Shown piece by piece: positions 1 through 11,874 of a DNA stretch of 39,752 nucleotides. Source of the stretch: Octopus bimaculoides (lineage: Eukaryota); assembly GCF_001194135.2 (NCBI RefSeq), contig NC_068999.1, positions 41,090,097 through 41,129,848 of the forward strand. Direction: 5' to 3'. Both the position numbers and the translations under genes were made by a program. How positions within the stretch are numbered: position 1 is the first letter of the stretch; every line of letters begins with the position of its first letter. Below the pieces are notes generated by a model. The model worked only from the letters and a program-made list of their open reading frames with translations, ran no database searches and had not been told where the DNA came from.

Positions 1-60
<60 letters not shown>

Positions 61-876
61 ACATACACATACATAGCGAGTAGACAAATAGATAGACAGT
101 TATATAGCGGTTCTTGCAGATACATGGGAAAAGGTGTGTCAAATAAAGAAGAAAACATTTTTTAAATTATAGAAATAATATCGTCGTCCAAGCCATGTTG
201 AGGATGTCATCGTTTCTTGAAACCAAAGGCCTGATTGTCTCAGTTCCTAAGATTAACGCAGCTGCTGTTATTGTTTGTTTTTATTTCTCGTGTTTTTCCA
301 ATTTTTTTTTTCTCCTTTACTCTAATGGAATTTCATAAGAAAAGAATTATATTAGCTGACGTATTGTTTTGACATGGCGCCTGTTAATTTACTGAAGTAT
401 AATTGCATGTTGTACAAAGTATTGCTGCAACATGAGATAAAATATTAAATCACATTTTGCCGTCAGTAATCGAATATTACTCATCGTAAATGATGATAAC
501 ATTCCGGTCTTCTAACAACCAGAAAGCCTACAGTAGATGGCGTAAAACCAGTGGCAACATATATCTTATCCCGTCTTCTCCGATGTTTCTCTTGTTTTGA
601 AGTGCTCCAAAGAAGATCACGTTAAGTGATTGAAGTAGTAGACTCCTTGACTCGACTAAGTTACGAAATAGCTGTTTACCCTCTGTTTTTGTTCGACATA
701 AGGATGGCAAGGAATAGATTATCCAATGTGTCTTATTTGTTAGTGGATGTCATATTTGTATGGGTTTGGTTCATTTTTCAAGACCAACACGAACGTACAC
801 ATAGTGACACCATTTTTGTATAGTGCTGATTTGACTTTTTGGATAATTTTTCTTTCTGCGATGATGATGAGAACGA

Positions 877-928
<52 letters not shown>

Positions 929-1036
929 CGAGTGCGTGTGCGAGTATGGTGCGCGCGCGAGCGATGTAGGTGTATGCTGTGCAAATTGCAATAATACCTC
1001 AGTAATTTAAGAGGCGCCATGTAGATAGATATATAT

Positions 1037-1083
<47 letters not shown>

Positions 1084-1956
1084 NNNNNNNNNNNNNNNNN
1101 NNNNNNNNNNNNNNNNNNNNNNNNNNNNNNNNNNNNNNNNNNNNNNNNNNNNNNNNNNNNNNNNNNNNNNNNNNNNNNNNNNNNNNNNNNNNNNNNNNNN
1201 NNNNNNNNNNNNNNNNNNNNNNNNNNNNNNNNNNNNNNNNNNNNNNNNNNNNNNNNNNNNNNNNNNNNNNNNNNNNNNNNNNNNNNNNNNNNNNNNNNNN
1301 NNNNNNNNNNNNNNNNNNNNNNNNNNNNNNNNNNNNTATATATATATGTATGTATGGGTGTGGGTTTGTGTGTGTATATAGAGCCGCCTCTATATATATG
1401 TCTATATGTATAGAGAGAGAGATAACATATATGTGTAAACAAGACCTACACACGTATATATGCATATATATAAATGTGTATGTGTATAAAGCCATATTGT
1501 AGACACACGAGCATTTTAAATTGTGCCATATTCTCCACAGATTGAAAAAAATGATGAAAAGCCTTAATCAATGTTCGATCCTTACTGCATTCTCATCCGT
1601 GGTGCCTGCATGATTCGGCCAATCCCAGAGAAATAAGCAGCCAACGCTATTTGCACCGTGCTCAGTGAGGTCTAGAACGATTATTTGCATATGCACGTCG
1701 TGTGTGGCATAGGAGAATAACTTCTCCCTTTTAAAACAGTGACAGCATGTTCAACACACACGACCCGTCGATGTGCACGGCATTCTGGGTTACCAGTTTT
1801 TCGACATGTACCTCGTCTGTTTTAAAATGGACAACTCACACACATTTTTGGGCTGCCCCAAAATGGGACTGTCACATGAGGTTGGCAAAAAATCTTTACT
1901 TTAAAGTGCTTCTACTGAATATCTCTCGTTGAGAGACTTAGGGACAATGTTTTTAT

Positions 1957-1988
<32 letters not shown>

Positions 1989-2471
1989 AGTGTGTGTGTA
2001 ATGTATGTACAACGAAAGAGTAAGTGAGAGAGAGAGAGACAGGGAGAGACATAGAGACAGAGCGTATGACAAAGTCAAAGCAGTGTAACTAACAGTGTAC
2101 TGAATACACACACAAATCAAACATAAAATTTTTCAGTAAAATATTGTTTTGGTAATATTCCTTTTCTTCTCTTTTCTTTTATAGAAGCGTGTAAACCACA
2201 GCAAGGTTATGAAATTTACATAATGTTTCCGGAAGATGCTGCTGTCGGTAAGCAGAAATATTTCTAACACTTTCATCTCAGTCCACGATATTTCACAATT
2301 TATCAGTTGTTTTATGCATATAGGTGTGTGTGCGCGAGAGTGACAGTGTGTGTCTATTTGAGTGTATTTGTGTGTGTGCTTATGCATATAATTTTTTTCT
2401 CTATGTAAATATTTGGCTTTCAGTATTTCTGTAAATATACATATATGTGTGTATTTACATATAATAATTAT

Positions 2472-2504
<33 letters not shown>

Positions 2505-2937
2505 NNNNNNNNNNNNNNNNNNNNNNNNNNNNNNNNNNNNNNNNNNNNNNNNNNNNNNNNNNNNNNNNNNNNNNNNNNNNNNNNNNNNNNNNNNNNNNNN
2601 NNNNNNNNNNNNNNNNNNNNNNNNNNNNNNNNNNNNNNNNNNNNNNNNNNNNNNNNNNNNNNNNNNNNNNNNNNNNNNNNNNNNNNNNNNNNNNNNNNNN
2701 NNNNNNNNNNNNNNNNNNNNNNNNNNNNNNNNNNNNNNNNNNNNNNNNNNNNNNNNNNNNNNNNNNNNNNNNNNNNNNNNNNNNNNNNNNNNNNNNNNNN
2801 NNNNNNNNNNNNNNNNNNNNNNNNNNNNNNNNNNNNNNNNNNNNNNNNNNNNNNNNNNNNNNNNNNNNNNNNNNNNNNNNNNNNNNNNNNNNNNNNNNNN
2901 NNNNNNNNNNNNNNNNNNNNNNNNNNNNNNNNNNNNN

Positions 2938-2971
<34 letters not shown>

Positions 2972-3666
2972 AATATATACAAGCATATGAATACTGAGAT
3001 AAAATATTTGCGTATATTTATTCGTATAGAATTTCAACAGAGGGTGTCTTTTTATCTTTATTCTTTCGTTCATAGAGTAAATTATAGTTGTTTTCTTGTG
3101 TTTTCCTATATATATTTTCCTGTCTCCGTTTAAGTGCTGCTTCAGAAATAGGACTTAGAACAGGCCAGAATTTACATATCCTCAAAAGCACCCCAAAATG
3201 AAATATTCCGTAACATGCGTACAGCTATTCTTGTCGGAGAGATATTCACTTTTGAAATGTTACGCATTGATGAAATGATAATGTACGGGATTGTTCTGTT
3301 TTTTTTTTCTTTTTTTTCTTTTGATACAATCGTGTTCAACTAAGAATGAGTAGTAATATTCTATACATACATACATACATACATATATATATNNNNNNNN
3401 NNNNNNNNNNNNNNNNNNNNNNNNNNNNNNNNNNNNNNNNNNNNNNNNNNNNNNNNNNNNNNNNNNNNNNNNNNNNNNNNNNNNNNNNNNNNNNNNNNNN
3501 NNNNNNNNNNNNNNNNNNNNNNNNNNNNNNNNNNNNNNNNNNNNNNNNNNNNNNNNNNNNNNNNNNNNNNNNNNNNNNNNNNNNNNNNNNNNNNNNNNNN
3601 NNNNNNNNNNNNNNNNNNNNNNNNNNNNNNNNNNNNNNNNNNNNNNNNNNNNNNNNNNNNNNNNNN

Positions 3667-3697
<31 letters not shown>

Positions 3698-4520
3698 ACA
3701 CACTCGTCCCGAAAGGCATACGATTAATCGAAAAATAAATCTAATCACACACACACACTAGGTTTTTGTGTTTGTGTGTATTTGTGTATAAATATTTTCA
3801 TAAAAATATTTTTAATTACACTCGCGCATATGTGCCATTTGGAATAAAAGCCAAAATTTAGAAGTTAGTTGCATGTTACTCCAAACTATTTATTAGGAAC
3901 AACATAGAATTCAGTCATAGCTGTACAAATAACCTCATCAATATGATATCTGTGTCTCCTTGATAAATGTGTATGAAATTGATCGTTTAAGAAGAGTGAT
4001 TGAAATCTAAACGCCAAACTGAAGTATATATTGGAGTGATTGCAGCTTCAAATAATATTTTTGAATTGTACAAACTTCTCACTTCTAGAAGCGAAGAAAG
4101 GATGAATGTAGAAATCGAGTTACGTATGACAGAAATGGACACACACAATGTTATTTGTTTTCTGGCGACATATGAAGTGTATAGACGAAAACAAGTGATG
4201 ATGTAAATAATTAGATTGATATAATCTTTAAATATACCACGTGATAAATTTTACTTCGTAAATTACAATATAGATACCGAGCAAGATTGATTAAATGGAT
4301 GTATACATGGCGATCATCCGTAAGTTAAAGACTAGACGTGCGTCTGTTTACAGCAGGCTGTCCGGAAAGAAATCCGTTAATATTGGAGATACTCATCATA
4401 TTATGTAGCAGCTGATGCTTATCGTATGGCGAACAATTTAAAATTACGGAAACGTCGTCATATTTATCTACACGCTCATGTGTGGTTATATCTAGATATG
4501 CTATGTACATATAAAACAAT

Positions 4521-5291
4521 ATATGAGGTGCATTCCACAAGTTTTCAGACTGCTTTGGTAGAGGCAGTTATAACTGTCCTAAATTATTGTGATTTTAGTA
4601 TTTCATATTTTATATATATCTAATACGTTGTTGCTCTCCTAACTTTTGATATTCCAAACTGAAGGAGATGGCTCTAGCAGCAGTTTGAAAACACCCTATT
4701 GACCACTACTAGTTTGTAGAATGCAGCTGGGATGTTTGCAAACTGACTATGCAATAATTCTTTCCTGTTAAACTGGGAAAAAAACGCTACAGAAACTCAT
4801 GAAATGCTCTAAATTTCATATGGATAAACTGTTCCATTAGCACAAAATATTCCAAGTAGATGAGAGGCGATGAGAAGTGTGGGAGGGAGAGAAACGTCAG
4901 ATCATGAGAACTAGTTGAAAAAAACTCATCGCGTCTCTTTGGAGTTGGTGTGGCAACTGTTCACAGAATTAATCTTGAAGATCTGAACATGCGCAATATT
5001 TGAGGAAATTTTGCTTCCAGGGTACTTGGTGACAATCATCCTGGTACCCAGCAACTTGATAGAGATGGTTATCAGAACTGACCATAACCCTCCCTACACT
5101 CCAAACATTTGTTTGCTCTCCGCGCTAAAGGAGAACACCAGTTGAAAGCAATAACCTGGTGTTAGAAATCAATAAACATAGGCTGCCAAATAAAGAGCTA
5201 GTTGAGTACAGAGCATAATGTGAAGTGACAAAGAAACTGGACATTATGCAACAGCTGTATCAGCTGGAAGATGTCATACATTGAAAGCTGA
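4521..5291 (+). mobile_element. Decayed, internally deleted mariner (Tc1/mariner) transposon
   Basis: Frameshift-corrected translation gives YAI..VKLGKNATETHEML*ISYG (4748-4824, mariner N-terminal HTH), GVGVATVHRINLEDLNMRNI*GNFASRVL (4941-5027, second HTH plus the WVPREL-equivalent), HNPPYTPN..LLSALKEN (from 5083, HPPYSPDL-equivalent) and NSCISWKMSYIES* ending 5291 (C-terminal CI..G.Y.E-like). A TIR-like ATATGAGGTGCATTCCACAAGTTTT starts at 4521; the right TIR is not resolved. Confidence 0.8.
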
Positions 5292-5744
5292 GTCCTTGTG
5301 CATCACTCCTTAGCTTCTTCGCAGCTTCTAAAGCGAAATGCGAGTTTAATTGGAAAATCATTTACATATATGGAAATAATGACAATCAGAAAATATAACA
5401 ATATATAAGAAATTCAGTGAAGTTTGAAGGAGAAAAAGCCATTTCTAGACGAGAAATACGTAGATTTAGATACATTTGTGTGTGCGTGTGTCTACATATA
5501 TATATATGTAGGGAAATAACCCTGAAACTCGGGTCCGTACGTATCGCAGATCAAGATGGGAAGGATAACTTCCCTTGGCAAAAATAGACAGGACACAGAT
5601 ATGTGTCGATAAGCCAGCTGGAGGAGATGTTCTCCTGGGGCTAAAAGCAACAGTAACATCCACCCTTAGGGGTCAGCCACATTTAAATGGCAAATATGCT
5701 TCACTTTATCGTGCAGTTACTGTTAACACCTCGTTCAGAGATTT

Positions 5745-5747
<3 letters not shown>

Positions 5748-5816
<69 letters not shown>
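5748..5816. repeat. (AT)n microsatellite
   Basis: Uninterrupted TA dinucleotide run, one of many in the window. Confidence 0.95.
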
Positions 5817-5819
<3 letters not shown>

Positions 5820-5837
5820 GCGCGCATCTATAGGCAG

Positions 5838-5871
<34 letters not shown>

Positions 5872-6458
5872 GAGAGAGAAAGAGAGAGAGAGAAAGAGAG
5901 AGATTGTAGTCACCAACCTAAGAAATTTGTTGTACACAGAATAGGTGTATTATAGTTCTTCGTTTCTTTACAATTTGGACAAGATATCTCAACTTCCGTT
6001 CCTTCGATATAACACTGACAGTTTTAACACAATAAGTTGTGTCATATAGATTTTAGTATTAGGAGAAGCGAGACAGACTACAATTGAGTGAAAAGGAAAG
6101 AAACAAAACGAGATAAGAAAATACGAAAGACAAAAGCGGTATACTTAACAACACACACACACACATACACGTACGCACACACAAACGCACACACAGACAT
6201 ACATGTATGGGTATGATGATGCGTATGATGTGATGTGTACTATATAGATGCTTGCAGAGAATTGAATCAAATCTGATATATGAGACTATTGATAGTTTAG
6301 TAACCATGACAACGAATTTGTATCATAATTCTATAGTTGTAAGTAAGTGGATGTTAATCCTAGGGTCACAGATATCCCTCGGGATTAACAGATACTTAAT
6401 TTGGAAGTAAACCAAGTGTATAGATTTAATAGTATGCCTATTCATATATGCATGTGTA

Positions 6459-6500
<42 letters not shown>

Positions 6501-6740
6501 AAATATAGAGACTATATTGGTGTGTGCATATGTATATGTTTATTGGAGTTAGTGGTTATGTGCCTAAGCGTGCGTATAACCTCATTCTGTCTACACACAC
6601 CCACGTCTATTTAAGATCTCTGATCGTTATATCTGTAAAGATAGATTAAAATAAAAACTGGAAAGTTTGGTATGTCTATTTAATCCCATGTTACATGCGT
6701 TTCATTACCGTATAGGCAAAACGTTACGAATATAACCATT

Positions 6741-6960
6741 AATAATAAAGATTTCAAATTTTGGCACAAGGCCATCAATTTCGGGGGAGGGGTAAGCCTA
6801 TTACATCGACCCCAGTATTCAAATGGAACTTATTTTATCGTCCCTGTAATGATGAATGGCAAGGTCAACCTCAGCAGAATTTGAACTCACAACGTAAAGA
6901 CGGACGAAATGCTGCTAAGAATTTTGCCCAGCATGCTAGCGATTCTGCCAACTTGCCACC
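6741..6960 (-). mobile_element. tRNA-headed SINE, family A, full length
   Basis: Reverse complement reads GGTGGCAAGTTGGCAGAATCGCTAGC (A-box-like)...GAGTTCAAATTC (B-box-like)...CTGGGGTCGATGTAAT...GGCCTTGTGCCAAAATTTGAAA then ATT repeats. Aligns to copies at 7014, 15146, 17604 and 20963. Confidence 0.85.
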
Positions 6961-7013
6961 TGGATTTTATTACTATTAATAATAATAGTAGTAATGATAA
7001 TAATAATAATAAT

Positions 7014-7216
7014 GCAGTGAGGTGGCAGAATCGTTACTTCACCGCAGAAAATGCTTTTCGTTCGGCTTTACGTTCTGAGTTCAAATGCCCCTGGGGTCGA
7101 TTTAACTCTTCATCCTTTCAAGGTCGATGAAATAAATGCCCTTTGAGGACGGAGGCCGTTGTAATCGACTTACCATCTCCCCCGAAATTGCTTGACTTGT
7201 GCCAACAGTTGAGACC
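7014..7216 (+). mobile_element. tRNA-headed SINE, family A, full length, diverged
   Basis: GAGGTGGCAGAATCGTTA...CGTTCTGAGTTCAAAT...GGGGTCGAT...GTAATCGACTT...CCCCGAAATTGC...CTTGTGCCAA; same order of blocks as other family A copies. Confidence 0.85.
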
Positions 7217-7836
7217 AATATACTAATAATAACAATCAAATTTAATTTAAATGTTGAAGTGAATCTTTTGACACATGAAGGAATACTTGTTTGTTTATAT
7301 CACCAGTTTCAACGCCGAGACTACAAGTTAACGCGATTTCGATCTTCTTTGATCTTGTCGGTGATGGACGCTCGACCGCTAAAGAGAACAAGCGAGTCAT
7401 CTCTCTGCTAGCGACATATAGAAAGTCAGTGTTACAACAGCCGCTGTTTTCGCGATTAGACAGTTAACTTGTTAAAAAAATGTTAGCGACAGAGGCATAT
7501 TATTAGGAATTGTATGTAAAAAATGTTTAAATATTCTGAGAATTATAGAAATATAACCAGTTTATAGCACATGAATTTTAACAACAAAATCTTGTTTGGA
7601 CATATGGACTCCGCTAAAATATGCAGTAAAAAAAAAAGGTGTTTTCAGTGCAATTAAAGCTTATGTGAGATCCTCCATCACATATAGGACCTAGGGGAAT
7701 ATTTTGAGACCCCTTTTTCTAATTTGAAAATAGTGTCATCAAATACGCTAATTTATGCCATGCCCCCACGGTGAACTTAGACATTCATTAACTGATATGA
7801 TAAAAGCCATTAAGGTATTGAGGTCGTTACGCACAA

Positions 7837-7875
<39 letters not shown>

Positions 7876-8344
7876 TAGTAATACCTTTACCAAAAACGAA
7901 GTGGGCCTTGTGCCAATGCAGGAAACTAATAATATTAATGCTTTTCTTTTGGTTTAAAAAGTGGATTAGACGAAATGCAGAGAAAAAGAGGCGGATTAAG
8001 ACAGAATAATGAGAAAATAAAAAAAATGAATGATAGAAAAAAGTAAATATCAAAAATATTTATTGGGGAAAAAAAAAAAGCATCAACGAATACTTGAGTT
8101 CTGAGGAGATTTTCTCTCTAATCTTACGATAAGAAGCAAAAAAGAGGTTAGAAATACAAATAAACGAATATATAAATTTATAAATATAGTATACAAGAGT
8201 GAGTATGTATAATTTTAAAAAATATATATATACAATAAGAATACAGAAATACAAAAATAGTTTTTAAATATTTCAGACGAGAAAAATCAAATACAATCAA
8301 TAACTATGACGTCTGAGATTGATGTAGCATTAGTATATATATGT

Positions 8345-8435
8345 GTATGTATGTATGTATGTATGTATGTATGTATGTATGTATGTATGTATGTATGTAT
8401 GTATGTATGCATGTATGTATGTATGTATGTATGTA
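8345..8435. repeat. (ATGT)n tetranucleotide microsatellite
   Basis: Near-perfect GTAT run; source of the MYVC pseudo-ORFs. Confidence 0.95.
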
Positions 8436-8480
8436 TACACTTACATTTATATATTTATATATACGTACACATATCTATAT

Positions 8481-8515
<35 letters not shown>

Positions 8516-8525
8516 NNNNNNNNNN

Positions 8526-8570
<45 letters not shown>

Positions 8571-8699
8571 CGGGTATACATGAATATTCGTGTTATATAA
8601 GTGATTTTTATAAATCTTTCTCTCCATTTATCTTTACCATGTTAGAAGATACCGTACATATTGTATAACACATATGTTCACTTATATAATCATATAGAC

Positions 8700-8730
<31 letters not shown>

Positions 8731-8738
8731 AGTGTGAG

Positions 8739-8774
<36 letters not shown>

Positions 8775-9262
8775 TGTGTCTATGTGTAGTCAGTGCTTGT
8801 GTGCGATCATGTACGCGGCTGAAAAGATAATCATGAAAAATAATGGTTACAGCAATCATAATAGCATTATGATGCGAAAGTTTGAACCACATCCGTTTCA
8901 TATATTGGTAATAGTTTATGCACACACACATAGATATAGTTACGTTGTGTAGCGGTTAGCTTCGATATCCCGTAACATAGATTATGTCAAGGAACTAATA
9001 TTATCTCTGATACAGTTTCTATTAAAATTTATTTCCCTGTATCAGCTGCTACAGGGAACGCTCATAATAATCACCGGTGTCTTTTCATAAATATTTTATT
9101 TTCAATTCCATTCCTTCCGATATAAATCAATGCATGTATTCACCTATTGTCGGTCATGATGTTCTTGGTGGTATATTGAGTCCTGTTTGCCTGGAGCGTA
9201 TCTGTCGACGAAAGTTAAACGACCGACTCCATTTTAGTCTGCTCTTATCAAGAAATATACTG

Positions 9263-9392
9263 TTCAGCCATTTCAAAGCAAACCGCCTGAGACCGACTTT
9301 GCTTCCATGACACCAGCTTACTCTTTTACAGTGATCTAGATTAAGACTTTCCATCAAACTTTCCTGTTACTTCGTTCCAAACACCACATAAT
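9263..9392. mobile_element. Possible MITE fragment (TTAACCC-ended, piggyBac-like) truncated at a SINE tail
   Basis: AACCGCCTGAGACCGAC...AGTGATCTAGATTAAGACTTTCCATCAAA...GTTCCAAACACCAC resembles a recurrent octopus MITE as I recall it. No second copy or intact TIR in the window, so unverified. Confidence 0.3.
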
Positions 9393-9485
9393 AATTCTTT
9401 CTACTATAAGCACAAGGCCTGAAATTCTGGGTTGGGAGACTAATCGATTCTATCCACCTTAGTCCGCAGCTGGCACTTATTTAAT
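9389..9485 (-). mobile_element. SINE family A, 3' half
   Basis: ATAATAATTCTTTCTACTATAAGCACAAGGCCTGAAATT...AATCGATT...CTGGCACTTATTT is the reverse complement of the 3' end seen at 21140-21180 and 32690-32720. Confidence 0.75.
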
Positions 9486-9585
9486 ATGGTGGGGTCGGCG
9501 ATGATGGCACTCAGAATATTCTTCTTACTTTTCTTCATAGAAATGTTTGCATTTAGTTGCGTTGTTCTGTTCTTGGCGATCGTCA

Positions 9586-9745
9586 TCGAGAATATGATAA
9601 TTAACATCAGCATGAACACCACCACAGCCATCATTAACATCAGCGTAATCATCATCATCATCACCATCACCACAACCATCGTCATCGTCATCGTCATCAT
9701 CATCTTCATCATCATCATCATTGTAATCATCATCATCATCACAAT
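9586..9745. repeat. Degenerate (CAT)n/(CAC)n trinucleotide tract
   Basis: ATC-derived repeats; produce poly-I, poly-M and poly-D pseudo-ORFs. Confidence 0.9.
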
Positions 9746-10083
9746 GTGTTACCATGTTAACATTTTATTAATTAGCTTATTTATTTCTGGTGGATTTTTT
9801 TTCCGTTATGTCTATATGTTCCAGATTTAATTCTAAGTGTTTGCTTATATTTTCTGATGGTGGTTTTGTCTAAAGCGAGCATCATCACTTACACCACCGC
9901 TCTCTGTTTTCGAATAATTCATAACCTCAGGAGAAAACGAAAACACATAAGTTTATGAAATTAATAATAATCCAAGCGCACACACATGCACGCACACACC
10001 CACACACACACACGCAATCAGACACACATCATACATACATGTGTGTGCATATAATTATTTTCGTATGTGTGCCCGCATATGCA

Positions 10084-10152
10084 TACAGACAGACAGACAG
10101 ACAGACAGATAGATAGACGGATAGATAGATGGATGGATAGATGGATGGATGC

Positions 10153-10185
<33 letters not shown>

Positions 10186-10192
10186 AAGATAG
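10084..10192. repeat. Compound (CAGA)n/(TAGA)n/(TGGA)n microsatellite
   Basis: Direct reading. Confidence 0.9.
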
Positions 10193-10439
10193 ATGTATTC
10201 GTCGTCGTTGTCTATATTTTTCGCAGAGGCAATGACGGACCATGGGCAACATATATACATCAGGAATTAAAGAAATGACAAAGGAATAAGAAATTATACC
10301 GTGAACCTCACTGGCTTACAGTTGTTTCTGCTATATAAGATGCTCTGCGTTCATAGTTGGATGCTTGTGTATCACCCTAAGCATTCAACTGTTAGGGCAT
10401 TGCATCCTGTAGCAGAAAAAAACTGTAAGCTAATGAAGT

Positions 10440-10765
10440 TCCTGACATAATTCATTAGGTATTACTTGAAGAAATTTGTACAGATTCCGTTTAAAAGTGA
10501 TGGGATCATTTTCATCTTTGATCTGTTTCGGGACAATGTTAAATAGAGCAAGGCCTGACGAGGAAATGAAATTGTGTTGCGGTGTATTTATGTGTTATGA
10601 TCTTGAATTGGGTAGGGAACGTATGGCCCGTGGTCCTAGCCTTGGATTAATTTTGAAGCTAATGTTGAGGTCGTTTGGGCAATGCAGGTGGTATATTCTC
10701 CACATCGTACGTATGATGTATCGCTCACGGCGGAGCTGGAGAGAATAGAGTTTTAATGCTTTAAG
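10440..10765 (-). mobile_element. CR1/L2-group LINE ORF2 C-terminal fragment
   Basis: Minus-strand frame: LKALKLYSLQLRRERYIIRTMWRIYHLHCPNDLNISFKINPRLGPRAIRSLPNSRS*HINTPQHNFISSSGLALFNIVPKQIKDENDPITFKRNLYKFLQVIPNE. Matches the post-RT signature L.LYSL.RRRERY...W...LFN.LP..IR......FK..LDKFL..IP of CR1/L2-group elements; one in-frame stop. Confidence 0.8.
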
Positions 10766-11467
10766 GCATATATATGAGNNNNNNNNNNNNNNNNNNNNNN
10801 NNNNNNNNNNNNNNNNNNNNNNNNNNNNNNNNNNNNNNNNNNNNNNNNNNNNNNNNNNNNNNNNNNNNNNNNNNNNNNNNNNNNNNNNNNNNNNNNNNNN
10901 NNGTATGATGTATCGCTCACGGCGGAGCTGGAGAGAATAGAGTTTTAATGCTTTAAGGCATATATATGAGAATGGATATATTTATACATGTATAAATACA
11001 TGTACACGTACACAGAGACGGAAAATGTGTGAAAGAGAGAGAGAAGAGAGTGAAATCATTTTATTATATATTAATCTGTACGCTGTGAAAAAGAATATTT
11101 ACAAAGTTAACGCATCGTACACTGGCAACATGATATAAACGCCCCCAACTATCACTGCAACATTGCAATCGATCGATCATGTGTGTGTGCGTACGTGTGT
11201 GTGTGGGTATTTGTGTGTGTCTGTATGTATGTATGTATGTATGTATGTCTCTCTGTCTGTTCGTTTTTCATATATATTTATTTAAGTGGTTTGTAAAATT
11301 GTGGGGTGATATAATCTTATAAGTGCCATATGTAAGCCGGTGCACAAGCATTGTGTTATTGAAGTGTGTGAGTGATTTCAAATTTATAGAAAGGCTAGCC
11401 CTGATTTTTCATATAAAATAGATATTTAAATAAAAATTAATATTAAGATAAAAAAAAAACACGTTCA

Positions 11468-11577
11468 ATTTCTTTATTGCCCACAAGGGGCTAAACATAG
11501 AGAGGACAAACAAAGGGGGTTAAGTCGATTACATCGACCCAGTGCGTAACTGGTACTTAATTTATCGACCCCGAAAG
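11468..11577 (-). mobile_element. SINE family A variant, 3' half with alternative tail
   Basis: Reverse complement: TTTCGGGGTCGATAAATTAAGTACCAGTTACGCACTGGGTCGATGTAATCGACTTAACCCCC then a different tail ending GCCCCTTGTGGGCAATAAAGAAAT. Looks little diverged; 5' part absent. Confidence 0.8.
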
Positions 11578-11841
11578 GGGTTCGTGTGTGTTTGTATGCC
11601 CCTGCGCGTGAGCACGTGCGCGCGCATGCGCATGCGCACGTGCGTTTGTACGTCTGTGTGTATTATTGAATAAGTACTTTTAGAACCCAACAGACATGTT
11701 CTTGACTTACTATCATTGTTATAAATACCTATTATTCTGTGGAACCAGCTTAAGCATGGCTGTGTGTATAGGTGCAAATGGCATATATATATTGCATGTG
11801 GGCATACATTCATATATACATATACATGTGTATATATATAC

Positions 11842-11874
<33 letters not shown>

